Source of the DNA: an uncultured Candidatus Saccharibacteria bacterium
GTDB lineage: Bacteria > Patescibacteriota > Minisyncoccia > Phycocordibacterales > UBA918
DNA length: 64,000 nucleotides
Direction: 5' to 3'
NCBI GenBank assembly: GCA_964626635.1
Contig: CAZVFY010000001.1
Coordinates: 47,782 to 111,781, forward strand
Positions 8,683-17,883 of the stretch are shown here, piece after piece (within the stretch, counting starts at the first letter, position 1; every line of letters begins with the position of its first letter). A model generated the notes under the pieces. It ran no database searches and was not told where the DNA came from. It saw only the letters and a list, made by a program, of their open reading frames with translations. The position numbers were made by a program, and so were the translations under genes.

Positions 8683-9741
8683 TTAAGTAACTATACCACC
8701 CCCAATACAGTGCGAACCGAGGTACAGTACACAGGATTGTCCGGCGGCAATTACACTTGTGGCTTCCCCGGCGACCGGCTCGACAAGTAGCTGACCACCA
8801 CTCGTATTAACGATAGTGATCGGTGTCCGTGGCCCATGATAGCGGGTGACCATATCGTATACGTCACCTGCCCGGACATCAGCACGCAGCACAGTGTGTT
8901 TCAGTTGTAGTTGCGTGTCAGGCCCGATCGAGGGCACATTGGGGGCGACAGTAATGGTGTGACTATCTATGTCTGTGGCAACAACGTATTGCGCAGTACG
9001 GTCGGTCGATTTGTCATGTAGTGTAAACCCTTGCCGTTGGCCAATTGTGTATAAGAGCGCGCCTTGGTGAGTGCCGATCACCTGCCCACTAGTATTTAGT
9101 ACATTGCCAGGCTGCAAATCCACGTACTGACCAAGAAACTCAGTAATGTCAATGTGCCCTAGAAAGCAAATACCCTGACTATCGCGTTTGTCAGCGACCG
9201 GTAATTCGAGGGTAGTTGCCTCGGCGCGAATGGCAGATTTTGGGGTGTCACCAATGGGGAACAAACTATGTGCGAGTTGGTCAGCGGTAAGTGACCACAA
9301 GAAATACGACTGGTCTTTACTAATGTCAATGCCGGCGTGTAGCTCGGGTCCGGTTGGGGTGTCTATTCGCCGCGCGTAGTGACCTGTTGCGATGTATTCA
9401 GCGCCATGTTCACACGCAAACTCTAAAAATCGCCCAAACTTCACGTGCTGATTGCACATCACGTCTGGGTTAGGGGTACGACCGGCTTTGTATTCTTCAA
9501 TAAAATACGCTGCCACCGAGTCGCGATAGGCGGCTTCGGCATTACAGGTTAGGAACGGGATACCAAGGTGCGCCGCCACCCGCATGGCGTCGAGGCGTTC
9601 TTGCTCCCAGTTACAGACCAGCCAATCTGGATGCCAGACCTTAATAAAAACCCCGACCACTTCGTGTCCCGCCTGCAGTAACCGCGCGGCTGCGACCGAA
9701 GAATCGACGCCACCAGATAGTCCAACAAATACTTTACTCAT
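8683..9741 (-). CDS. mnmA: tRNA-specific 2-thiouridylase MnmA
   Basis: 352 aa. PP-loop SGGVDSS. Length and conserved Cys positions match MnmA. Confidence 0.9.
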   Translation of the reverse strand: MSKVFVGLSGGVDSSVAAARLLQAGHEVVGVFIKVWHPDWLVCNWEQERLDAMRVAAHLGIPFLTCNAEAAYRDSVAAYFIEEYKAGRTPNPDVMCNQHVKFGRFLEFACEHGAEYIATGHYARRIDTPTGPELHAGIDISKDQSYFLWSLTADQLAHSLFPIGDTPKSAIRAEATTLELPVADKRDSQGICFLGHIDITEFLGQYVDLQPGNVLNTSGQVIGTHQGALLYTIGQRQGFTLHDKSTDRTAQYVVATDIDSHTITVAPNVPSIGPDTQLQLKHTVLRADVRAGDVYDMVTRYHGPRTPITIVNTSGGQLLVEPVAGEATSVIAAGQSCVLYLGSHCIGGGIVT

Positions 9742-9756
9742 GGCACTACGCTACCA

Positions 9757-10746
9757 CTAGCGCAGGTAACGTTCAATGTTTCGCAGATGCTCATTGTAAG
9801 TAGTCGCAAAGTAAAACTTGCCGTCGCGACCGGTCAGGTAGTACAAATACTCTGACGGGGTTGGATTAATCGCGGCCTCTAATGCCATGCGCCCTGGATT
9901 GCTGATCGGAGTCGGTGGTAATCCACCGTAGAGGTAGGTGTTATAAGGCGAATCGAGCTCGCGTAGTTCAGCGGCCAGTTGCCCTGGCGCCAATTCGTTC
10001 AGAGGAGTGTTGAGTACGTACTCGATCGTCGCGTCTGCCTGGAGTGGCATACCAATATTTAGCCGGTTGTAAAAAATGCCGGCCACCAACCCCATCGACT
10101 CTTCATCATTGGCCTCACGCTCGAGGATAGATGCCAGGTTAACGATTGTGCTGGTGGCAGTGTCGGTTGTCGTCGCGCTACTGGTGAGTAATTCCGCCAG
10201 CACAGCGTCGTGGGTCGTCCGTAGTAACGCAACCGTGTCCTCGGTCGTAAAATCCACCGGCAAACGATACGTGTCCGGAAATAACCTCCCTTCTGCATCC
10301 ATCGTCAGTTGCTCCCATTCGATTGGGTCAAAGTCTGGTAGCACTTGTGCTAGCCTGGCTCCCATCCGCCAAGCTGGTTCGCCCTCGGGTAGAGTCACAC
10401 TGGTTTCACTCGTGATGATTACGCCAGTAGTGATGCGTTCAATGATCTCCCAAGTGGTGAGCATGCCGGGCGGAAGGGCGTACTCGCCAGCCTGTATCGT
10501 ACTGCCAGTAAACGCTGTTCGCAGCACCCATTCACCATAAAGTGCTGAGCGAATATGTCCCTCTGTTTGCAGTCGGATGAGTGTGCGTTCGGCACTTTCT
10601 CCGGGTGTGACGGTAAACGTTTGCAGTTGGTCTGTGGCGGCGGGTGGTGTATTTAAATACTTTACATACTGGTTGCCAGCATACGACCCGCTCGCGAGCA
10701 CGAGGAACAGGATAATACTAACTAAAGTAATTCGCTTTCCAGTCAT
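9757..10746 (-). CDS. mltG: Endolytic murein transglycosylase MltG (YceG-like)
   Basis: 329 aa. N-terminal TM, LQADATIEY and GLPPTPISNPG motifs characteristic of YceG/MltG. Confidence 0.85.
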   Translation of the reverse strand: MTGKRITLVSIILFLVLASGSYAGNQYVKYLNTPPAATDQLQTFTVTPGESAERTLIRLQTEGHIRSALYGEWVLRTAFTGSTIQAGEYALPPGMLTTWEIIERITTGVIITSETSVTLPEGEPAWRMGARLAQVLPDFDPIEWEQLTMDAEGRLFPDTYRLPVDFTTEDTVALLRTTHDAVLAELLTSSATTTDTATSTIVNLASILEREANDEESMGLVAGIFYNRLNIGMPLQADATIEYVLNTPLNELAPGQLAAELRELDSPYNTYLYGGLPPTPISNPGRMALEAAINPTPSEYLYYLTGRDGKFYFATTYNEHLRNIERYLR

Positions 10747-10766
10747 ATTTATCGGGTAGTTGAAAC

Positions 10767-12101
10767 TTACTGTGGTAAGTCTGCAATTGGTAGGTTACCA
10801 GGTGCAGTACTGCGTGTCGATGGGATCCGTCCTAGACCCGGGGTTAGTACACTGCGACCAGGGATATGCCATAGCGTCGCCAGCTCCTCGGCTGACATGA
10901 CTTTGGGCATATGGACAATTGATTGCTGGCCACTGCCGGGGTAGTACGATCGGCGCTTGAGCTGTTCAAGCTCTTCCTTTTTGCGATTAGATTGCTTGGC
11001 ACCACTAAAGTCTTCTAGCCACACGTTGTCAAATTCGGTACGCCAACGCACACCTACCCCGTTGCGGTTCAGTATATCGAACTGTCGAAACGCATTTAGC
11101 ATCGGCCCGATCATGTTGCCGTCGAACTGCATTTTGTCCATCGTGTAGTACATTGCGCGAATACCGGTTTCATACGCAACCTTGCCAAGGTTTCGTTCAA
11201 TGGCAGTAATGGTGTCTCGCTCGCCGCTGGTAAGGATCGGTCGGTTTTCGGTTTCCTCAAGGGCACCTTGTTTTTTCTCATCTCGCCCTAGCATCTTGTC
11301 GACGTACTCGCGGCCAGCTTCGTCCCAGGTGCCAGACGGGGTGCGATTGCCGTTGTTGAACTCGCGCTTGGCGTGCGGTGTGCAAATAATTTGTACGATT
11401 AAACGCTCGTGCGGTTTAGCGCGCCCGAGGTGCTCGATCAACGCTGCCATTGGTTCGAACTTCTCTTCTTCTTTGGGCATTCGATCGTGGCCAAAGTCGA
11501 CGTAGGTTTTGATAGGGAAAATTTGATCGTTCTTTTTTACAATATGAAAAGACATGAGGTCACGTTCGCTTGGGAGCCAGCGCAATTCAGCCGCGTAATC
11601 AACTGGTTCTTGTTCAATTTCAATTCCCGGATATTGCGAATACAACTGACTCTCGACGAGGTCTTTGATCTTTTGGTGGACATTAATATAAAAACGCACA
11701 TCGCCACCAATCGACACCAGCTCAAAACTAGCTGGTAATGGGTGCTTGCCGTCAATGTAGGCTTGCCAGAGATTATCGCTGCCATTGGCGGCAAACATTT
11801 GCGTAAAAACACTTTCCATGGCCTCGGGTGATTTGAACACCTCGTTTGGTAGCCGTACGCGCAGCGTTACTCGTGGGTTGTTATAGCGAAAGCGACCGTG
11901 CGTAAATTCCTGCCACCGATCAAAGGTAATTCGATATAAAAAAATGGGCAATACAATCGGTAGGATTATTAGCAGCAACGTTACCGCTGGCCAGATGTTA
12001 ATTGTCACCCGCTCAGAAACGACAAATAACACAAACGCAATGATGAAAAATGCGATTGGTAGTAGTAAAAAACCTAACAACTTTTTGAGTAGGTCACTCA
12101 C
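10767..12101 (-). CDS. Conserved hypothetical membrane protein (2 N-terminal TM helices + ~370-aa soluble domain)
   Basis: 444 aa with no family recognised by eye. Distinctive C-terminal motif AEELATLWHIPG. Confidence 0.5.
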   Translation of the reverse strand: MSDLLKKLLGFLLLPIAFFIIAFVLFVVSERVTINIWPAVTLLLIILPIVLPIFLYRITFDRWQEFTHGRFRYNNPRVTLRVRLPNEVFKSPEAMESVFTQMFAANGSDNLWQAYIDGKHPLPASFELVSIGGDVRFYINVHQKIKDLVESQLYSQYPGIEIEQEPVDYAAELRWLPSERDLMSFHIVKKNDQIFPIKTYVDFGHDRMPKEEEKFEPMAALIEHLGRAKPHERLIVQIICTPHAKREFNNGNRTPSGTWDEAGREYVDKMLGRDEKKQGALEETENRPILTSGERDTITAIERNLGKVAYETGIRAMYYTMDKMQFDGNMIGPMLNAFRQFDILNRNGVGVRWRTEFDNVWLEDFSGAKQSNRKKEELEQLKRRSYYPGSGQQSIVHMPKVMSAEELATLWHIPGRSVLTPGLGRIPSTRSTAPGNLPIADLPQ

Positions 12102-12199
12102 AGTGTCTGTATTGTAGCATTTGCGCGACGGGGTCCAGATAGCAATACCCTCTCACAGTGCGGAGCGTTGCGAGCGGGTATTGTGACTGTGTCGAGGCG

Positions 12200-13225
12200 T
12201 TACTCAGCCAATGTGTAGGTACCGTTACTGAGTCGTTTGAACAAATTAGAATCTTGCAAATTTACTACGATAGTGTTGTCTTTGACATAGCGTTCGCGAC
12301 GGACACGGTCGATGATCTCTTCGCGTGATAGTGGACCTTCAGCGTCCAGAATGTCACGTAGGACCTCTTTGACGACGCCGGCAGTGTACCCCCACTCGGA
12401 CAAAGCGTACAGTCCGCGCCCCACGAGGACAAACCGATCGTCTTTAATCAACTCGTTGTGAGTAGTCGCGATGTGTGCTTTGTGTTCAAATAGTTCGTTG
12501 ATCGCTTTGGCAACCTCACGAAAGTGCATTGGTGATCCGTGACGCTTGACCGCGAGGTACGCGTAGTCCCGGATACCTTTGACGCGGATATTTGGACTTT
12601 CGGCGTGTCCCCAGTCCCCTAGCGGGTTTTGGTTAATTTGCTTTGAAATTTTGAGCCAGCGGCGCAAGACTTCTTCGGTGTGTTCTTCGGAAAGTTCAGC
12701 CAGTTCAGTTTTAAAACGATTGATAATATCTTGCTCGGTCACCAGATCATCACGCTTGAGGCTTTTGCGAACTTGGCGTAAGGCTTTTTCGACGCTGTCC
12801 GCTACTTTTTCTTGAGTGTACCAACGATGTGCATAGTACGGGTTCTCTTTACTGCGGTAGAACGTGTCCCCCACCACCAGGAGGAAGTACAGGTGATTAC
12901 GCACCTTTGGGTCTGTTGTCAGTTCGTCGAGTAGGACGTGTTCGGCGACCACCCCACCACCGAGTTGATCGATGAGCTTTTGTAATTCCAAAAATAGCTC
13001 GTAGTGCTTTTTATACACATCAGACTTTTGGACTGACTGGATACCGTAATTTTCGATCTGACGTACCCGTTCACGCGTGATGCCGTAGGACTGGCCAATG
13101 GCTTCGAGGGTGAAAGTTTCACCATCTTTGTTAAGGCCATAGCGCTTTTCGAGGACGTCGCGGGCGCGTTCTGGCAAAGCATCGAGTAATGCCTTGGTGA
13201 TTTGTTGTGGTTTAAATGAAATCAT
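12200..13225 (-). CDS. Sigma-70 region-4-like HTH fused to a HARE-HTH domain (putative DNA-binding regulator)
   Basis: The likely real start is M17 (MISFKPQQ) at 13225. The listed ORF extends to 13273 through a hairpin. LPERARDVLEKRYGL...TLEAIGQSYGITRERVRQIE is a sigma-70 r4 signature. C-terminal SPMHFREVAKAINE...DDRFVLVGRGLYALSEW matches the HARE-HTH pattern. Confidence 0.55.
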   Translation of the reverse strand: MISFKPQQITKALLDALPERARDVLEKRYGLNKDGETFTLEAIGQSYGITRERVRQIENYGIQSVQKSDVYKKHYELFLELQKLIDQLGGGVVAEHVLLDELTTDPKVRNHLYFLLVVGDTFYRSKENPYYAHRWYTQEKVADSVEKALRQVRKSLKRDDLVTEQDIINRFKTELAELSEEHTEEVLRRWLKISKQINQNPLGDWGHAESPNIRVKGIRDYAYLAVKRHGSPMHFREVAKAINELFEHKAHIATTHNELIKDDRFVLVGRGLYALSEWGYTAGVVKEVLRDILDAEGPLSREEIIDRVRRERYVKDNTIVVNLQDSNLFKRLSNGTYTLAE

Positions 13226-13338
13226 AGGTGGTGATTGAATGTTTGTGTGTGCGCAGCAAAACTTGCTGCGCACTTCAATGCGTGTTGTTATTTATAACAT
13301 ATTGGCAGAATATGGTCAACAACTCGCGATTGCCATCG

Positions 13339-16155
13339 TTACTGCACGATATTGAGGATCCGACCTGGCACATAGATCAACTTGCGATGCGGCTGTGGGG
13401 GTAATTTATTTGCAAGCGGCTTATCAGCCAAGGCTGCCGCTAGCGCCTCAGCCTCACTAGCGTTCGGCGCAATGGTGATGTTACCACGAACTTTGCCATT
13501 AACCTGCACGCCGATAGTGACCTGCTGGTCTTTGGCTAAATCAGCGTCATACGTCGGGAACGCGACTGTGTGCACACTTCCCTCACCATTTGTCTCACTC
13601 CACAGTTCTTCGGTAATGTGCGGCGCAAACGGCGCGAGGAGGCGTAAGAACGCCATATAACTATCATTGGTGAGACCAGTTTTCTCAACGGTATTGATGT
13701 AGATCATCATCGTGCTGATGGCCGTGTTAAACTTGAATGTTTCGATATCACCGCTTACTTTCTTGATAGTTTTGTGAAGTGCGCTGGTGGCGTCGTTCGG
13801 CTCATTGTCGGCAATGTGCTCTGATAGGCCATACACACGCTCGAGGAACCTTCGTGCTCCGACCAACCCATCCTGACTCCAGGCGATGGTGTTCTCGAAC
13901 GGGCCCATGAACATCTCGTACACACGCATGGTGTCAGCCCCGACAAGCGCGACGATATCGTCTGGATTGATGACATTCCCCCAGCGCTTAGACATCTTGC
14001 GTCCATTCTCTGCCAAAATAAAGCCAAGGAACTCGAGGCGTTTGAATGGTTCTGTCGTACTAACGACGCCGATATCGTAAAGGAACTTGTGCCAGAACCG
14101 CGCGTAGATCAGGTGACGCACCGCGTGGTCACCGCCGACATACACATCGACCGGAAGCCAATCTTTTTCTTTTGCGGGGTCAATAAGCTGCGCGGTATTG
14201 CCAGGGTCGACGTATCGCAAGTAGTACCAACTACTCCCCGCCCATTGCGGCATGGTGTTGGTTTCGCGCGTGGCACTGACCAGTTCTTTACCGGCCGGTG
14301 CTTCATCTGTCACCATAAAGTCACCATCATCGGTCAGGTAGCCGGTGACATTGACCCAGTCGTCGATGTTCGCTAGTGGCGAACGACCGTCACCAGCGGG
14401 CGCGTAATGCTCGACGTCTGGCAGAGTGACTGGTAACTGAGACTCGGCCACCGGTACGGCAGTACCGTCCGCGAGGTGCACTATCGGGAACGGCTCACCC
14501 CAGTAGCGTTGGCGCGAGAATACCCAGTCTTTGATTTTGTACGTAGAGGTCATGCGCCCCCCGACTTTTTTGGTGATGGCAACTTTGGCTTCCTCGGTAG
14601 ACATACCGTCAAACTCATTTGAATTCATTAGTTCTCCAACTCCAGTATTTACACCCGCCAGTGCTAAAGCAATGGTGCTTTGTAAAAATTCCGATGCTTT
14701 TTCTGCTTTAAGATCTGCAGCTGATGCTGCTTGGATAATTCCCGCACCCTCGCATAGAGTAAGTGAACTAGGATCAATATCTTCCACAACAAAAATCGCT
14801 ACAAATTTGCCGTCTTTTCGCTGATGAAATTTTAATAACCTGTGGGAAGAATGATGTTTGGTCAAATCAAGCATTAGTTCTTCTTTCGTCTCTCGGACAA
14901 CTGTCTGCCATACAGTCTCTCCCACTTCCATACCGCCACCAAAAACAGCAACTCCGCCCGGGTTTGATGGGGCATGTAAATCGCGCCTTTGGTAAAGAAA
15001 ATGTCCATCTGTAGTTTTTAAAATTAGTCCTGATGCATCAACACCGTCTGGAGCAGCGGGTACTACAACTTGCTTCACCTCGATTCCAAATTGCTTCGCA
15101 AACGCATAATCACGCTCGTCGTGCGCTGGTACTGCCATGATCGCGCCGGTGCCGTAGCTCGCGAGGACGTAGTCAGCGATGTACACCGGAATGGTTTCGT
15201 CGCTGGCTGGATTAGTTGCCGTGACGCCCTCTAATTTTATCCCGGTCTTTTCCTTGGTGTCGTCGAGGCGATCCATTTCTTTTTTGTTGGCTACATCCTC
15301 TATGTACGCCGCGACCTCATCCCAGTTCTCGATGGTGTTTTTGTGTTGCTGCACCAGCGTGTGCTCGGGCGTCAGTACCATGTACGTTGCACCGTATAGT
15401 GTGTCTGGGCGCGTTGTAAATACTGTGACCTGGTCACCAGTAGAAAGCGTGAAATCTATTTCCGCCCCTTCACTTTTCCCTATCCAATTACGCTGCGCTT
15501 CTTTGATATGTTCTGGCCAGTCGAGCGTGTCAAGGTCAGACAGAAGTCGATCGGCGTACCCACGAATACGCAGGGTCCACTGTCGCATCGGCCTTTTCTC
15601 GACCACGCTATCGCAGCGCTCGCAGGTACCATCGGCCTCGAGGTCTTCATTCGCGAGGCCGGTTTGACAACCCGGGCACCAGTTGATGGGTTCGTGACTC
15701 TCGAACGCGAGGCCTTTTTTGAATAACTGGATGAAAATCCACTGCGTCCATTTGTAGAACGCTGGGTCGGTGGTGTTGATCTCTCGTGACCAATCGTAGT
15801 CGAACCCAAGCTTCTCGAGCTGACTCTTAAAATTCTCGACGTTCTGGTCGACGGCTGCGCGCGGGTGGACTTTATTTTTGATCGCGTAGTTCTCGGCTGG
15901 TAAGCCAAAGGCGTCCCAACCCATTGGGTGGAGCACTTCGTGTCCGGTCATACGCATGAAGCGGCTGTAAATATCGGTGGCGATGTAACCTTTTGGATGT
16001 CCGACATGTAGCCCTTCCCCGGACGGGTACGGGAACATATCGAGGACAAAACATTTTGGCTTTTCAGAACTACTATCAGTCTGGTAGATCTTGGATTCTT
16101 TCCATGCTTGTTGCCATTTCTTTTCTATAGCAGCATGATCAAAGCGTTTATTCAT
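13339..16155 (-). CDS. leuS: Leucine--tRNA ligase carrying a Nudix-box insertion downstream of the CP1 editing domain
   Basis: 938 aa. HIGH (HVGHPKGY) and KMSKS (KMSKRWGN) motifs. Editing-domain TRPDTLYGATYMVLTPEH and GTGAIMAVPAHDERDYAFA. Extra segment at residues ~365-507 contains FGGGMEVGETVWQTVVRETKEELML. Confidence 0.95.
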   Translation of the reverse strand: MNKRFDHAAIEKKWQQAWKESKIYQTDSSSEKPKCFVLDMFPYPSGEGLHVGHPKGYIATDIYSRFMRMTGHEVLHPMGWDAFGLPAENYAIKNKVHPRAAVDQNVENFKSQLEKLGFDYDWSREINTTDPAFYKWTQWIFIQLFKKGLAFESHEPINWCPGCQTGLANEDLEADGTCERCDSVVEKRPMRQWTLRIRGYADRLLSDLDTLDWPEHIKEAQRNWIGKSEGAEIDFTLSTGDQVTVFTTRPDTLYGATYMVLTPEHTLVQQHKNTIENWDEVAAYIEDVANKKEMDRLDDTKEKTGIKLEGVTATNPASDETIPVYIADYVLASYGTGAIMAVPAHDERDYAFAKQFGIEVKQVVVPAAPDGVDASGLILKTTDGHFLYQRRDLHAPSNPGGVAVFGGGMEVGETVWQTVVRETKEELMLDLTKHHSSHRLLKFHQRKDGKFVAIFVVEDIDPSSLTLCEGAGIIQAASAADLKAEKASEFLQSTIALALAGVNTGVGELMNSNEFDGMSTEEAKVAITKKVGGRMTSTYKIKDWVFSRQRYWGEPFPIVHLADGTAVPVAESQLPVTLPDVEHYAPAGDGRSPLANIDDWVNVTGYLTDDGDFMVTDEAPAGKELVSATRETNTMPQWAGSSWYYLRYVDPGNTAQLIDPAKEKDWLPVDVYVGGDHAVRHLIYARFWHKFLYDIGVVSTTEPFKRLEFLGFILAENGRKMSKRWGNVINPDDIVALVGADTMRVYEMFMGPFENTIAWSQDGLVGARRFLERVYGLSEHIADNEPNDATSALHKTIKKVSGDIETFKFNTAISTMMIYINTVEKTGLTNDSYMAFLRLLAPFAPHITEELWSETNGEGSVHTVAFPTYDADLAKDQQVTIGVQVNGKVRGNITIAPNASEAEALAAALADKPLANKLPPQPHRKLIYVPGRILNIVQ

Positions 16156-16182
16156 GAATAGATTGTGCCACGATCTAAGTAG

Positions 16183-16566
16183 TTAGTCTATTAGTTTTGG
16201 TACAAACAGGTGTAAGTGGTAGTGGCCGGGAATAGACTTGTGTTTGGGAAGTGCTTCAGCTACAAACCCGTAATGTTCATTAAGATGCGTTGTTTTAATC
16301 TCGTACAATTCGCTTACTTCTTCATCCGAAAGTGCCGTTTCAATTTTGTGAGCCTTTGGCAGGATCATGTGGTGCACACTGGTAACTGCATCGTAGGGAT
16401 ATTTATTATCAATAATGCGCCAATACGTAAACTCATGCAGACTGGGTGCGCTACACAGTGGGCAGGTGTCAGTTTTTAGGTCAGCTTGACGGTCATTATG
16501 GTATTGCTGATGGGTGGCTTCTGTGCGCCAAGAGCGCGGTTGTAGGGTTTTGCTCAGGTTAGACAT
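16183..16566 (-). CDS. HIT-family (histidine triad) nucleotide hydrolase
   Basis: 127 aa. N-terminal zinc motif CPLC, HHMILPKAH, and the histidine triad GHYHLHLFVPK. It is co-directional with leuS and 27 nt upstream of it. Confidence 0.75.
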   Translation of the reverse strand: MSNLSKTLQPRSWRTEATHQQYHNDRQADLKTDTCPLCSAPSLHEFTYWRIIDNKYPYDAVTSVHHMILPKAHKIETALSDEEVSELYEIKTTHLNEHYGFVAEALPKHKSIPGHYHLHLFVPKLID

Positions 16567-16590
16567 AATGCGTGTAGCATAAACTATTAC

Positions 16591-16632
16591 TCACAAAAAG
16601 AAACCGCCCGCCCCACAAGTGGGGCGGGCGTT
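16591..16632 (-). terminator. Intrinsic (rho-independent) terminator after the EEP-family gene
   Basis: GC-rich hairpin ccgcccgcccc-acaagt-ggggcgggcgg, followed on the minus strand by TTTCTTTTTGTG. Confidence 0.6.
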
Positions 16633-16639
16633 GGACGTT

Positions 16640-17515
16640 TTACAGCGCCGTGATTGGCATCGTATCGCTGTTTGTGTTGCTGCCATGTGACAATGGCTTT
16701 AAGGTCACTTCAAGCGACAGCAAAGCATGATCCGACGGAACCGTGCGGTCAATCATCATGACAGCACTAAACTGTTCGACTAGGGCTGGTGACACCAGTA
16801 TGTAGTCTGCTTCACGCGTCGCTTTGTCTACCGGATAATGCCACGTGCGAGTATTCAAACCGTTCGGCACCAGATCATTCATAACTATTGCGCCATCTGA
16901 GCCAAAAATTTTACGGCACCGCACGATCTCAAGCGCCTCCATGGTGCGACGGTAGTTGAAGTCACCACCCAGGATCACATAGACTGGCTTATCAAAGCCG
17001 CGTACCTCGTTAACGCGCCGCTCGAGATGCTCGACAATCCGACAGCTTTGCTGGTCGCGTTCGGGGCTGTCAACCTTGCCCTTTTTCATCCAAAGCCCGT
17101 GAATGTGGGAGACGATCAGCCAACCTTCTTCGGTTGGAATGATGTAAGACTGAATCAGGCTACAACTTGAGATGACTCTTGGGTGCGACCAGTATTTACC
17201 GTACTCACCGTGAATCAGCTCTGTTTGGAGCGCAAACGGTGGATGTTTGCGATGATGAAACATAGCAAGTCCATACGCGGCACCACTACTCGCGCGCGCA
17301 GCCATCGAAAAGTGTCCTAAATGCGAGGTGTTAATCGCCAGACTCAGCCGTTCGAATTGATCGGGCATGGGTATTTTCGGGCGAGGCGCGGCCGGAAACC
17401 GACTACTGTGCATTTCGCTAAAGTTCGCAAAATCATAGATAGGTAGGTGTTGTTCGGCCCATGATTGATACCCCTCAGCTCGAGCGTACCAGGTATTCCA
17501 GAACGCAATTTTCAT
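16640..17515 (-). CDS. Endonuclease/exonuclease/phosphatase (EEP) family protein
   Basis: GGDFN and SDHALL motifs typical of the EEP fold. Start placed at M19 (MKIAFWNTW). The ORF is listed to 17569. Confidence 0.7.
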   Translation of the reverse strand: MKIAFWNTWYARAEGYQSWAEQHLPIYDFANFSEMHSSRFPAAPRPKIPMPDQFERLSLAINTSHLGHFSMAARASSGAAYGLAMFHHRKHPPFALQTELIHGEYGKYWSHPRVISSCSLIQSYIIPTEEGWLIVSHIHGLWMKKGKVDSPERDQQSCRIVEHLERRVNEVRGFDKPVYVILGGDFNYRRTMEALEIVRCRKIFGSDGAIVMNDLVPNGLNTRTWHYPVDKATREADYILVSPALVEQFSAVMMIDRTVPSDHALLSLEVTLKPLSHGSNTNSDTMPITAL

Positions 17516-17599
17516 TGTAAGGTACTCCTGTTTACAGAAAGATCTATTCCCGATCACCCTACCAGACACAATCCTTTTAGCAATGTATACTTACAAAAT

Positions 17600-17869
17600 A
17601 TGAAAAAAGAGCAACTCAAAAGCGCCCCCAAAATTTTCTGTGAACGGGCATCAGTCGCGTACACCGAGGAATTTTTTGTGCTGGGGTTACAGTCCGGTAA
17701 TCAGGGCACCATTTACACTCTGACTCCACAACACGCCAAGCGTCTGTCGCAGTACCTTGCCCATCAAGTCAAAGAATTCGAAGACAAAAATGGTGACATC
17801 AAGGCCAACTGGGACCCCAACATCGTCAGTCCAGTGCAGCGGGCCAATCCGCCAACTGACCTAAGTTAG
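17600..17869 (+). CDS. Hypothetical small protein (89 aa)
   Basis: Start taken at the internal Met (MKKEQLK) at 17600, because the 5' part of ORF 17465..17869 overlaps the EEP gene. No recognisable domain. It is the only plus-strand ORF in a minus-strand block. Confidence 0.3.
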   Translation: MKKEQLKSAPKIFCERASVAYTEEFFVLGLQSGNQGTIYTLTPQHAKRLSQYLAHQVKEFEDKNGDIKANWDPNIVSPVQRANPPTDLS

Positions 17870-17883
17870 TCACCGATACTAAA

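Noticed and set aside
13244-13268. Perfect 11-bp hairpin read as a possible leuS terminator
   Set aside because: On the minus strand it is followed by ACACAAACATTC rather than a U-tract, and it sits directly in front of the HTH gene's ATG. It is more likely a 5'-UTR structure of that gene than a terminator. It also explains why the ORF track extends the HTH ORF to 13273.
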